A stretch of DNA of 64,000 nt from Chrysomallon squamiferum (taxonomy: Eukaryota > Animalia > Mollusca): assembly GCA_012295275.1 (NCBI GenBank), contig CM022678.1, positions 20,088,001-20,152,000 of the forward strand, given 5' to 3'. The notes beneath the pieces were generated by a model, which did no database searches, was not told the origin of the DNA, and was given only the letters and a program-made list of their open reading frames with translations. The position numbers and the translations under genes were made by a program. Below are positions 14,201-26,300 of the stretch, one piece after another. Each line of letters starts with the position of its first letter. The first letter of the stretch is position 1.

Positions 14201-16650
14201 CTTTTAGTTAGTGTAGGTGTTTATTTATCTTTTAGTTAGTGTAGGTGTTTATTTATCTTTTAGTTAGTGTAGGTGTTTATTTATCTTTTAGTTAGTGTAG
14301 GTGTTTATTTATCTTTTAGTTAGTGTAGGTGTGTATTTATCTTTTAGTTAGTGTAGGTGTGTATTTATCTTTTAGTTAGTGTAGGTGTGTATTTATCTTT
14401 TAGTTAGTGTAGGTGTATATTTATCTTTTAGTTAGTGTAGGTGTATTATTTATTTTTTAGTTAGTTAGGTGTATATTTTATCTTTTAGTTAGTGTAGGTG
14501 TATTTTATTTTTTAGTTAGTGTAGGTGTATATTTATCTTTTAGTTCTTTTATTTTAGTGTAGGTGTATATTTTTATCTTTTAGTTAGTGTAGGTGTGTAT
14601 TTATCTTTTTAGTTAGTGTAGGTGTGTTTATTTATAGGTGTGTATTTATCTTTTAGTTAGTTTTATATTTATCTTTTAGTTAGTGTAGGTGTTTATTTAT
14701 CTTTTAGTTAGTGTAGGTGTGTATTTATTTTTTAGTTAGTGTAGGTGTGTATTTATCTTTTAGTTAGTGTAGGTGTGTATTTATCTTTTAGTTAGTGTAG
14801 GTGTGTATTTATCTTTTTTTAGTGTAGGTGTATATTTATCTTTTAGTTAGTGTAGGTGTGTATTTATCTTTTTAGTTAGTGTAGGTGTGTATTTATCTTT
14901 TTTAGTTAGTGTAGGTGTGTATTTATCTTTTTAGTTAGTGTAGGTGTGTATTTATCTTTTAGTTAGTGTAGGTGTATATTTATCTTTTAGTTAGTGTAGG
15001 TGTGTATTTATCTTTTAGTTAGTGTAGGTGTGTATTTATCTTTTAGTTAGTGTAGGTGTGTATTTATCTTTTAGTTAGTGTAGGTGTATATTTATCTTTT
15101 AGTTAGTGTAGGTGTATATTTATCTTTTAGTTAGTTAGGTGTGTATTTATCTTTTATTTAGTGTGTTGTATTTTTATCTTTTAGTTAGTGTAGGTGTGTA
15201 TTTATCTTTTAGTTAGTGTAGGTGTATATTTATCTTTTTTAGTGTAGGTGTATATTTTCTCTTTAGTTAGTTAGGTTTATCTTTTAGTTAGTGTAGGTGT
15301 ATATTTGTCTTTTAGTTAGTGTAGGTGTATATTTATCTTTTAGTTAGTGTAGGTGTGTTTATCTTTTGTTAGTGTAGGTGTATTATTTATGTTTTAGTTA
15401 GTGTAGGTTATGTTTATATTTTAGTTGTTTAGGTTAATCTTTTTAGGTGTTTATTCTATTTTAGTTAGTGTAGGTGTGTTTTTATTTTTAGTTAGTGTAG
15501 GTGTGTATTTGTCTTTTTGGTGCAGGTGTGTATTTGTCTTTTTAGTTAGTGTAGGTGTGTATGTTTGTCTTTTAGTTAGTGTAGGTGTATATTTGTTTTA
15601 GTTAGTGTAGGTGTATGTTTGTCTTTTTTAGTTAGTGTAGGTGTATATTTGTCTTTTATTTAGTAGGTGTATATTTGCATTTCTTTTAGTGTGTGTGTTT
15701 TTCTTTTTATTTAGTGTAGGTGTTTTTATTTTTAGTTAGTGTAGGTGTGTTTTATCTTTTTTAGTTAATGTTAATTTGTCTTTTTTTAGGGTGTGTGTTT
15801 ATCTGTTAGTGCATGTGTCTGTTTTTTTTTTTATTTACCGTAAGTGTAAATTTATGTTTTAGTTAGTGTAGGTGTATGCTTGTCTTTTTGTTAGTGTACG
15901 TGTATTCTTGTCTTTTAGTTAGTGGAGTGTATATTTGTCGTTTAGGTATTGTAGGTGTATACTTGTCTTTTAGTTAGTGTAGGTGTATATTTGTCTTTTA
16001 GTTAGTTTAGTGTATGTTTGTGTTTATATTTTAGTTAGTGTAGGTGTTGTTTTTTTGTTTGTTTGAGTTGGTTTTATGTGTCGTTTAGTATTTTTTTTTT
16101 TTTTAGTTAGTGTATGTGTGTGTTCTTGTTTTAGTTAGTGGAGATATGTGTTTTTCTTTTTTTGTGTGGTGTAAGTGTATGTTTGTATTTTAGTTATTGT
16201 AGGTTTTATATTTGTATTTTAGTTAGTGTAGGTGTATGTTTGTCTTTTAATTTGCTTAGGTGTGTGTTTATCTGTTAGTGCATGTGTCTGTCGTTTAGTT
16301 AGTGTAGGTGTAAGTTTGTCTTTTAGTTAGTGTAGGTGTATGTTTGTCTTTTAGTTAGTGTAGGTGTATGTTTGTCATTTAGTTGATGTAGGTGTATATT
16401 TGTCATTTAGTTGATGTAGGTGTATGTTTGTCATTTAGTTGATGTAGGTGTATGTTTGTCATTTAGTTGATGTAGGTGTATGTTTGTCATTTAGTTAATG
16501 TAGGTGTATGTTTGTCATTTAGTTAATGTAGGTGTATGTTTGTCATTTAGTTGATGTAGGTGTATGTTTGTCATTTAGTTGATGTAGGTGTAAGTTTTTC
16601 TTATTTACTGTGCGTTTATGTTTTAGTTAGGGAGGTGTGTGTTTGTCTTT
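2237..16650. repeat. ~14.4 kb tandem satellite, 28-bp unit, roughly 500 copies, zoned variants
   Basis: Unit A GTGTGGATGTGTGGTTGTCTTTTATTTA (~2237-7000); unit B GTGTAGGTGT(G/A)TATTTATCTTTTAGTTA (~7800-15400); unit C ATGTAGGTGTATGTTTGTCATTTAGTTG near 16380-16590. Degenerate transition zones lie between them. Confidence 0.97.
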
Positions 16651-17229
16651 TAGCTTTTATATTAATGTGTTGATCTCTGAGTTATGATAATTCTGTGTTT
16701 GTGTTTATTTAGGATATGTGTATATATATATTTCTTTGTTGGTGTTGGTGTGTGATTTGTCTATTAGTTAATGTATGTGTGTTTTTTTTTTAGTTCTTTT
16801 ATATCTGTATTTTTAGCGTAGTGATGTGTTTGTTTGTGTTTTATTGTAGATTAATTCAGTGCGATCAAAAGAACTGTTTCATATTCTTTTTTCTTACACA
16901 TTGCCTTATAAGGTTCAGTGATCGGAATTTTTTTAAATCAAATTTGGTATGTAGGCTTTTTCAAATTTGGCATGAATTTTCTTAAAAGTAATTACCGATC
17001 AGTATTATTTTTGGCGAACCATCTAAATTTGCGTCCAGAAGTGACCATTGTTTATTGTTGTTGTTTATTTTGACCGACGCTTCTAAATTTAACTTAATGA
17101 CTTGCAGTAGAAAACATATGACAGAATAGGTTAATTTAATTTAATTTATTATAAAAAGTAAGAAATGAATAATTATATAAACTTTATAAAAAAAAAAAAA
17201 AAAAAAAAATGTTAAAATAAAAGACAAAT

Positions 17230-17245
17230 AAAACTAATAAATAAA

Positions 17246-17307
<62 letters not shown>

Positions 17308-17586
17308 AGTAATAATAGTAATAAATATAATAATAATAATAATAATAACAATAATAATAATAATAAAAGTAAATAAAAAAGTAAAACGAATTAAAGTGGA
17401 AGAAAATTAAATCAACTTACACTATTAAATAAATAGGTATGTAGGCTATAAATAATGCTCGTTAATTAATGTAAAATTTCATGTTCAGATATTGCTGTGT
17501 TTTACGTTCTTACTAAAGATAACGAGATTTCGTGTTAAAAAGAAGAAAAAAATATAAAAAAGTATGCAACTAACTATCTAACTAAC

Positions 17587-17673
<87 letters not shown>

Positions 17674-17900
17674 TGACAATAATAAAATTAAATAAAAAAA
17701 GAAAAATGAATTAAAGTAGAAGCAAAGTAAATCAAATCATACTATTAAGTAAATAAATATACGGGTAGCTAAGTAAGTAAATAAATAATATTCGTTAATT
17801 AATATAAAATGTTAATGTTCAGATATTTTGCTGTTTTACATTATTACTAAAGATAACGAAATTTCGTATTAAAATAAAAAAAATAATAAATAAATAAGTA
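17230..17900. repeat. ~320-bp tandem duplication containing (TAA)n tracts
   Basis: gaattaaagt..aaatcaa..gttaattaat..atgttcagatatt..tactaaagataacga..atttcgt occurs at ~17388-17540 and again at ~17708-17875, each copy preceded by a long (TAA)n. Confidence 0.8.
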
Positions 17901-18346
17901 CGTAAGTACCTAAATAAATAAAGTATTCTTTTTATTTTTATTTTTATTATTGAACAAAAATAAATTCAATAATTATGTAAAATAAAGGTCGTTAAAAATA
18001 AAATAAAATAATTAAAACATCTCGAATAAAAATAATACTAAATTTTATATTAGTTTTAATGTTATAATACTTAGCTAAAATTTATAATTTTGATGTTTAC
18101 AAAGCTATTTTCATATTTGTGAAAATAATAATAATCTATATTCTGTTGTATGATGCAAAAATTATATAAATCTACCCCTCTGCCTATTATTCCTCACCAT
18201 TTTAAATTTAAAAGAAAGTTTGTACCTTAAAATGCAGCGACAGTGAGTCACCTGGTGAGTGATGACACCCCCACCTCAGAGTGGCTAATACGGAAAACTC
18301 TACTTGAAAATGAGTTAACTGGGGGACTGTTCACCTTAGGTACAGA

Positions 18347-18377
<31 letters not shown>

Positions 18378-19424
18378 TTTATTTGTTTGTTTGTTTGTTT
18401 GCCTGTTTGTTTTTTTTTGTTTTGTTTTGTTTGTTGTTTTTTTGTGTGTCTTTTTTGTTTGAATTATTTTATTCCTTTCTTTTTTAATTTTTCTGCTATA
18501 AACAAAGGAATCAAAGTTAATTACCTATTTTCGAGATATTTTGAGAAGGGGAGACGGAGAAGAAAAAAGCTTTATATTTTATAAAAGCATCGTTTTTTAT
18601 TTCTTTTTTCTTTATATATATATATATAATTCTCAGAATGATTAAAATGGCTGAAATATATATATAGTTTTTTCATTTTAAATAAATTACAAAACTCATT
18701 TTTCGCTTTGAATCAAATGTAAAAATTAGGTAAAAATATCTGATACCGAGCTTACAAAAAAAAAAAAAAAAAAAAAAAGGTGGGGGGTAGGGTTAGACCG
18801 TTGAAGCCACTAACATCACCATAATAAATTTATTTATAATTTGTAAATTTCAGACTCATTTTGAGGCTATATGCAAAAGCAATTCAGTTTCTTGTAAGAG
18901 CAGATAAAACGAAAAGAAAGAAAAAAAAAAAAAAAAAAAAAAAGAATTTTGAATTGTCTATAATTCAGTCATGTCGTAACAATTTCTATTTGAAAGATAT
19001 CTTACAACGAAACTACGCCATAGCTAGATTATACAAGCTAGACCTACTGCAGTATTCACGTCCTGATTTAACGAGACTAACCATACTGCACGTTCCAGGA
19101 TATAAAGCTATTAATTCAGTAAAAAAGCTATAGTGTTTTTGAATTTTTATATGTAATTCAGTATAATAATAGAAAATAAAATAATAGAAAATAAACAATT
19201 GAGCTTTATTTGCGAGAAACTTAACAAGAATACTAATAAATGGCTCAGATTAACAGAGAAATTAAATATTATTTAGATACTTAAAACGAACAAAGAAACG
19301 CAGCCTGCCTTCATACCCCTATTTCCTTCATTGATTTTTACTTGACATTATATAGTTACATTCATATTGCGCTTTTAACTATTATTATTGTTGTTGTTGT
19401 TGTTAGTTTTTGCTGTTGTTGTTG

Positions 19425-19464
<40 letters not shown>

Positions 19465-19512
19465 AAAAGACTGATTTAAAAAGAAAGAACAGTTGGGTAT
19501 CGCTTCGCTTAT

Positions 19513-19593
19513 TTTGGGCGCGAAAGACTTCGCATTCGCATATTCTCGTTATTGTCCGGAGAACATCGAAATAAGAAAAACCAATATGGCTGC
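19513..19593 (+). promoter_or_regulatory. SMCHD1 proximal promoter/5' end: E2F site and YY1-like motif
   Basis: GGCGCGAAA at 19517-19525 (reverse complement TTTCGCGCC, canonical E2F) in a small CpG-containing patch. AATATGGCTGC overlaps the ATG at 19586 (YY1-like AANATGGC). Confidence 0.5.
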
Positions 19594-20427
19594 GCCCAGT
19601 GGCTCATCTTTGGATAGTGAAGATAGTTTTGTGTTTGTGTTTGACAGACGGACAACAGATTCTCCTGAAATTAAAATTAAAACAAAGGAACTTCCAACGT
19701 TTGCAGATTTAAGAAAACGTGTTAAAGATGTAGGTTCTTTAATGTGTTATTTGCAACGAAATTTTTCTAAGGGAATTCGCTTTGTTAAAAATTCTAAGAT
19801 TGTTTACTTTTGGAACGTATTCAATAAAGGAAATAGAAAAATACGTTATGGAAATATTGGGACAAATACAAAGTTTGAATTATGAATCTGCACACTGCCA
19901 CGTCTAACATATATATTCTAATACGGAAATACAAAAAATATTGTTACATTTAAAATTGGTATCGAAGGGAAGCAAACTAACTACAGAAAGACGCCAAAAG
20001 TATTTAGTGTTTATGAGTATGATTCAACGATAATTGATATGTATTTATAAAAGCCATTAATAATAATAAAAATATAGATTTGATAAAGCATTTTAAAAAT
20101 AATCTTTGTATTTTTAAATAAAAATTTCTTCTTTCAAAAAAAAAAAAAAAAAAAAAAAAAAATAAAAAAAGAAAAGAAAAAATAATAAATGAAAAGAAAA
20201 TTTGTAAATTATTTCACACCAATGTGTATTTAAAAATATGGATTATATGAATGTGGTTAAATTTTATTTATTTGTTTTTTTAAACTACGTGTTAGTATTA
20301 CTATTTCTCTGTATGTTAGAATACATTTTATATAATATTTAGAGCAGCAGCTTAAAGACCTAAAAGAGATTTGGTGGGAGTTACTATTCTTGTTTTGATT
20401 TTTGATTTTTTTTTTAATCAGAAAGTA

Positions 20428-20464
<37 letters not shown>

Positions 20465-23253
20465 GTTTTTGTTATCAGATATTTTTGGTAAATTATATTC
20501 TAGATCAGAATGTAATTATTATTATTATTATATTATGTTTAAATATATTTTTTAAATTTAATTCTAGAAATTTATGATAATTATTGTTATTATTAAAATT
20601 ATTGTGGTGGCAGTGCTCTTAATAAAATATCTTCAGTAGTTGACGAGGCATTCAATAACAGATTCTGTGAAGCTGTAAGACAATTTTCACTACACAAACA
20701 TTAAAAACCAGAGCAAGATTTATGAACTAGAAAATAACTATTTTATAACTGTCAAATAGAAGTAAAAATTTATATATAATTTAAATTCAAAGCACACATA
20801 TTTAATATTAATTTATTGTTAAAATGTTGTCCATTAATTATTTATTAAATTTTAAAACTGTATTACACATTTCCAAGAGAACATATGAAACAAATCAAAT
20901 TTTTTTTTTTGTTTGAGCTAAAATAATCCTATAACATTTGTTATTCATCGCTATTTCAATTTTGTAATTTTCATTTAGGTTATTTTTATTATCGTTTGCT
21001 GTTTTTAAAACTTTATTTTCAGATTAAATTATATTTTGATTCTATATGTTGTCATTTTACCCAGGCTTTTAAAATAAAAAATGAAGAAGAATTTGTGATT
21101 GCAACAACAAACAGAGAAGAAATAAAAGATAACGAAACATGGCGTAAGTTTTATTTTACTTTATAATTAAATTAAATAATTGAATTAAAAATAATATATA
21201 TATTGTTTAGTGAGATCTTTAGTTTAGTCTCTTTGAGGCTGGCAACCACCTTGGGCTTGGTGATGGGCCATGAAGATGATAAAATTGATTTCCCCAGAAG
21301 TAAAACTTAGAAGTTGTAATAAAGTTTCTGTCAGTGAATTACTGAGATGACATCATTATTGTTTAACGAGAGAGAGTTATTTGACATTCAGCTGGTCCAG
21401 TTGAGTCTAAGAAGCTCAACTGGTAGTGACCCGTACCAGACACATTTCTTTCCTTCATCAAAAAGGGTATAAAAAAATAAAATAAAATAAGATAGGGATT
21501 TGTCTTCAAAATGTAGTTCTTTATGCAAGCCTTTCATTATGTTGTGTGCTCTGCTTTAGATAGATTGGAAAGTGCAAATTAGCATTTGTTAATTTTGTTA
21601 GAATAATGGTGGTAGCAGCAGTTAGAATGGGGAATAACTGTAAAAGACACACAGTAGTGATTAGGAAAAGAATTAGTCTTTAATTTTATGGTATTTTGAT
21701 ATTTGCACATCAGACTGCATAATCTGCAGTTTAAATATTGTTTTTATCAATAGTGAAAATAATACTAATAATAATAACAATAATAAATAGATAAATAAAT
21801 TATGTAATAGAATAATGAAATAAATAATAAAAGAAAGATTAAAGTCGATAAAATAATTAAAAAAAAAAAAAAAAAACCAATATGAATATCTTTCATATAA
21901 TGATATAGTTAATATTAATAACATATAACAGTATAATATATATATATGATGTATATGTATATATAAAATAAAATAAAATGAAATATAAATAAATTTTCAG
22001 TAGCTTGTCTGTTTTATTTCAGGTTTGATAGAGAGAGGTGACACACTGTACATATTGAAGAGTCTTAACCAAGAGTTGTGTGCCCCTGCTCAGGAGCGAG
22101 TCAATTACCTGCCTCACTATGACACCATCGTTAAAGGTGGAATGTACGAGTACTATGCCTCTGAAGGCCAAAACCCATTACGTAAGTTTTTTATATTTTT
22201 ATTATGGAGTTAAGTCATTGTTGTTGACGTTATTTTTGTTGCTGTTGTTGTTACTGTTATTAGTATTATTATTTTTATTTTTATTGTAGTTATTATAATA
22301 ATAATTATTCTTATTATTGTTTTTGTTGCGTTTATTATTATTCATATTGTTATGGTTCTTGTATCATTATTATTAATGCTATTTTTGTGTGTGTGAGTGT
22401 GTGTGTGTGTGTGTAAAAAAATATATATCAATGTAGAGGATGTTATGTAGCCAGCTTGCAGTGATTAGATGGATATGGAAAGGATTTATCTGATAAAAGT
22501 TAAAACTTGGTTGTTGGATGGTAACATAATGATTATTACATATATACTGCAGTTATCTGTTGTTTAGTATAAAGTATTAATTAATAGTTATCTTTCTTCC
22601 CTCTCTCTCTCTCTGTTTATTATTAAGTCTTAAATTAATTCAGTTTATTTTCATTATTGTCATTTTTAAAAACTTATCATATTAATGTTTATTATTATTC
22701 TGTAAAACTTAGCTTTACAATGATTATTTTTATTATGTTAAATTATAGTCTTTGTGTTTTTAATTTTTGCAGGCTTTTTATAGAATTTATTTCAAAGCTT
22801 TCTTTCATTAATTTAAATAGAATATTTGTATCTTGCAGCTGTTTATATAATTTATTAATTAAAAACAAAAAATAACATAAAACATTTTTGGGAATTACTA
22901 TTTGAATTATTATTACTTTTTTGTATTACAGCGTATGCATTTGCTGAGTTGATTGACAATGCATTGGCAGCCACAGTGAACAACACAGGACCTAGAAACA
23001 TTGAAATTAGACTGGTGAGTAATTTTTATGTTGTATGTATCTGATGCAAATTATAAATTATACAGCTCTGTGCTGTATTGTTTTTCTAAATGGGTAAGTT
23101 TATAATCAGAACTCACAAATTTAAATTATACACTTCTGTGTTTTATTGTTTGGAATTCAAGGAATAGATAAAGAATAGAATCTGTGAAATTATGTAAATA
23201 GTAGAATAGCTTTTAAATTTGTGAAAGGTACATAACATATATATATAATAAAG

Positions 23254-23316
<63 letters not shown>

Positions 23317-26300
23317 GATTGGAGAATGATTTACTTTTTTAAAAGTAAGCAATCATTATTAGAATGTTTGTGATATATATATACAGATTATATAAAATTT
23401 GTAATCTTTTAGAGTTATAATATCCTTAATTTAAAAAAAAAAATTAAAATGGTTGATATTAGAATGTTGATTACTGAAATATATCTTTGTATCTGTCCAT
23501 TCATCTATCTATCCATTTAACTGAATTTTTTTATTAGATCATGAACCAGAGATATCAAATAGGAAGAAAACAGAAACCTCTGTTATCTTTGTTCATATCA
23601 GTAATAGTTGTCTTTTATATCAATTAAAATTTTTATTTATAAAAACAAAACAAAACAAAAGAAACAACAATTTTTTACCTTTTACCTATTAAACTAATTA
23701 CCTTCACAATAAAGAAAGTTATTTATCTATTTTCACACGACAGCACATCGACGATGCTAACCCCAGCAAGAGCTGTATATGCGTCATCGACAATGGGAAA
23801 GGTATGACTCCGAAACAACTCAACAACTGGGCCATCTACAGACTGTCGAAATTCATCAGGAAAGACGCACCCATCAAGAGGTAACACTTCAAAACATATT
23901 CATAAATATTTACTTATCAACACACATACATTTATTTTTATATTTACAAGTATTTTGTATGATTTATCAGGAAAGAGGCATCCATTAAAAGGTAACACTT
24001 CAAAACAGTATTCATAAATATTTACTAATCAGCACATTCACATTTATTTTTATATTTACAAATATTATGTATAATTTATCAGGAAAGAGGCAACCATTAA
24101 AAGGTAACACTTCAAAACAGTATTTGTAAATATTTTCTTATCAACACACATACATTTATTTTTATATTTACAAATATTTTGTATGATTTATCAGGAAAGA
24201 GGCACCCATTAAAAGGTAACACTTTAAAACAGTTTTCATAAATATTTACTTGTCAACACATATTTATTTTTATATTTACAAGTATTATGTATAATTTATC
24301 AGGAAACAGGTACCCATCAAGAGGTAACACTTTAAAACAGTATTCGTAAATATTTACTTATCAACACATCAACATTTTTTATATTTACAAATATTAGAAG
24401 TCATGTGTGATTTATAGGAATGAGGCATACCTATAAAAACAGCAGTATTGATACATGACACCAGAATCTTTTTTATATTTATAAATATATAATGTATAAT
24501 AGCAGTATAACCAAGAAGACAGAAAACACTATGACACTATGCTGTAATCTATTCTTAGAAATTAGCAGTAAGGTTTCTTTTATTCAGGCTTATAAAAGAT
24601 AGATGCAAAAAATAATATACAGTTCTTGGTGCACTGACTTCAGAGTACTGCCTAGAAAAGAAAATTAGATTTGAAACCTTTGAATTTAAGCTAATTAGTT
24701 TGGCAATAGATACCTTCAGAAAGGTTAAATGCTTTGACTTATTTCAAAATTGGAAAGAGATTGGAAGCTTTTTGAGTTTTATTGTTCATTGATTAAATTT
24801 AGCTTTGCTTAAGAAATGGTTATTCTTTAAAAATTCCTTTTACTGTGGGAAAAGAAAATGAGGATGTGTTAAAGGTTAATCAGTTTAAGAAAAAAATACT
24901 CCCTTTATTAATAACTATTAACAGATAATAAAACAAAATAAATTTCTGTAAGAATGAAATCCTATAATTTTGATGATTTTTCAGTCACCGAAATGGAACA
25001 GCTGATGAGGAGAATGCTGATGACTCCGTTGATGATGCTAATGATTTGATGACTGTGCCACGCTACATGAACAGCGACATCTCATACTTTGGAGTGGGTG
25101 GGAAGCAGGCCATCTTCTACATCGGAAACTCTACTCGGGTAGGAAGTTACAGTTTATACACTTCTCTGTTGTAATGTTTTTCCACAATTTAGAAACTAAT
25201 CTGTTGTAATGTTTTTCCGTTTTTAAACTAATCTGTTTAATAAACTACAATTTGTTCTCTGTTGTAATGTTTTTCTACAATTTATAAACTATACAGTTTA
25301 TAAACTAATCTGTTGTAATGTTTTTCTACAGTTTATAAACTATACAGTTATCTGTTGTAATGTCTTTATCTACAATTTATAAACTATACAGTTCTCTGTT
25401 TTTCTACATGGGGGTAAGAAATTTTAAATTATAATCTGTTGAATGTTTTTCACAATTTATAAACTATACAGTTCTGTGTTTTTCTACATGGGTTTTATAA
25501 TCAGATTATAAATTATAAACTATACAGTTCTGTGTTGTTCAGGTTAAATTTGGATTTGAAATTATAAATTATTCAGGTCTGTGTTGTATTGTTTGGAATT
25601 CAAGAAATAGATAAAGAATAGAATCTGTGAAATTATGTAACTGGTAGAAGCTTTTAAATGTGTTTTGTTAAGTTGATTTTGTAGAATTAGATGATGTAAA
25701 AAAATAAAAAATATAATGTTTTAACTTTAAATCCAAGAATATATATTAAACTGTATGTTGAGTAGAATATCTTTATAATGTTCATTCTGTCATGACTGAT
25801 TTAGTGAGTCTTTCTTTGAGAGATAAATGAAAAGTTGGTTTGGTGAGTAGGCCAGACATTGTGGGTTCTTCAGTCAGATTTAATCAGTGAGTCATTCATT
25901 CAAACAGTCCATGTGAATGAGTAACTGAGTTGGTTTGACATTGACTTATTGAGTTATTTCATTTAATGAGTGAGTCTTGGAATCATTTAATCAGTCTGAG
26001 GCAGTCATCATTGAACACTGAGACACAGTCCCATGAGTAATGAGTTATCAGTACTTCAGATTATTTAAAGTTAGTTGTTGAGTTGTTCAGTCTGAGAAAA
26101 TGAGTTAGTTGTTGAGTTATTCAGTAATTCAGCTAGTATATGAGTAATGAGTTAGTTGTTGAGTTGTTCAGTAATTCAGCTAGTATGTGTTAGTTTAATG
26201 AGTTAGTATTGTTGAATGACTAATCAGCTGAGTTGTCTGAGCTAGTATAAGTATTGAGTTGTTGTTGAGTTGTTAGTTGTCAGATAGTATAGTTATCCTG

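Noticed and set aside
7800-15400. Satellite B unit resembles acceptor-9 nt-donor (tttatcttttAG|TTAGTGTAG|GT)
   Set aside because: No plus-strand gene or source exon here, and such motifs arise easily in T/G-rich sequence.
2237-16650. Telomeric repeat or CRISPR array
   Set aside because: Contains TTAG but not tandem TTAGGG/TTAGG. Units are head-to-tail with no unique spacers, there are no cas genes, and the context is eukaryotic.
21392-21447. Hairpin CCAGTTGAG/CTCAACTGG closed by CTGGT/ACCAG and followed by ACA, as a possible H/ACA snoRNA
   Set aside because: No H box upstream and the internal loop is one-sided, so there is no pseudouridylation pocket.
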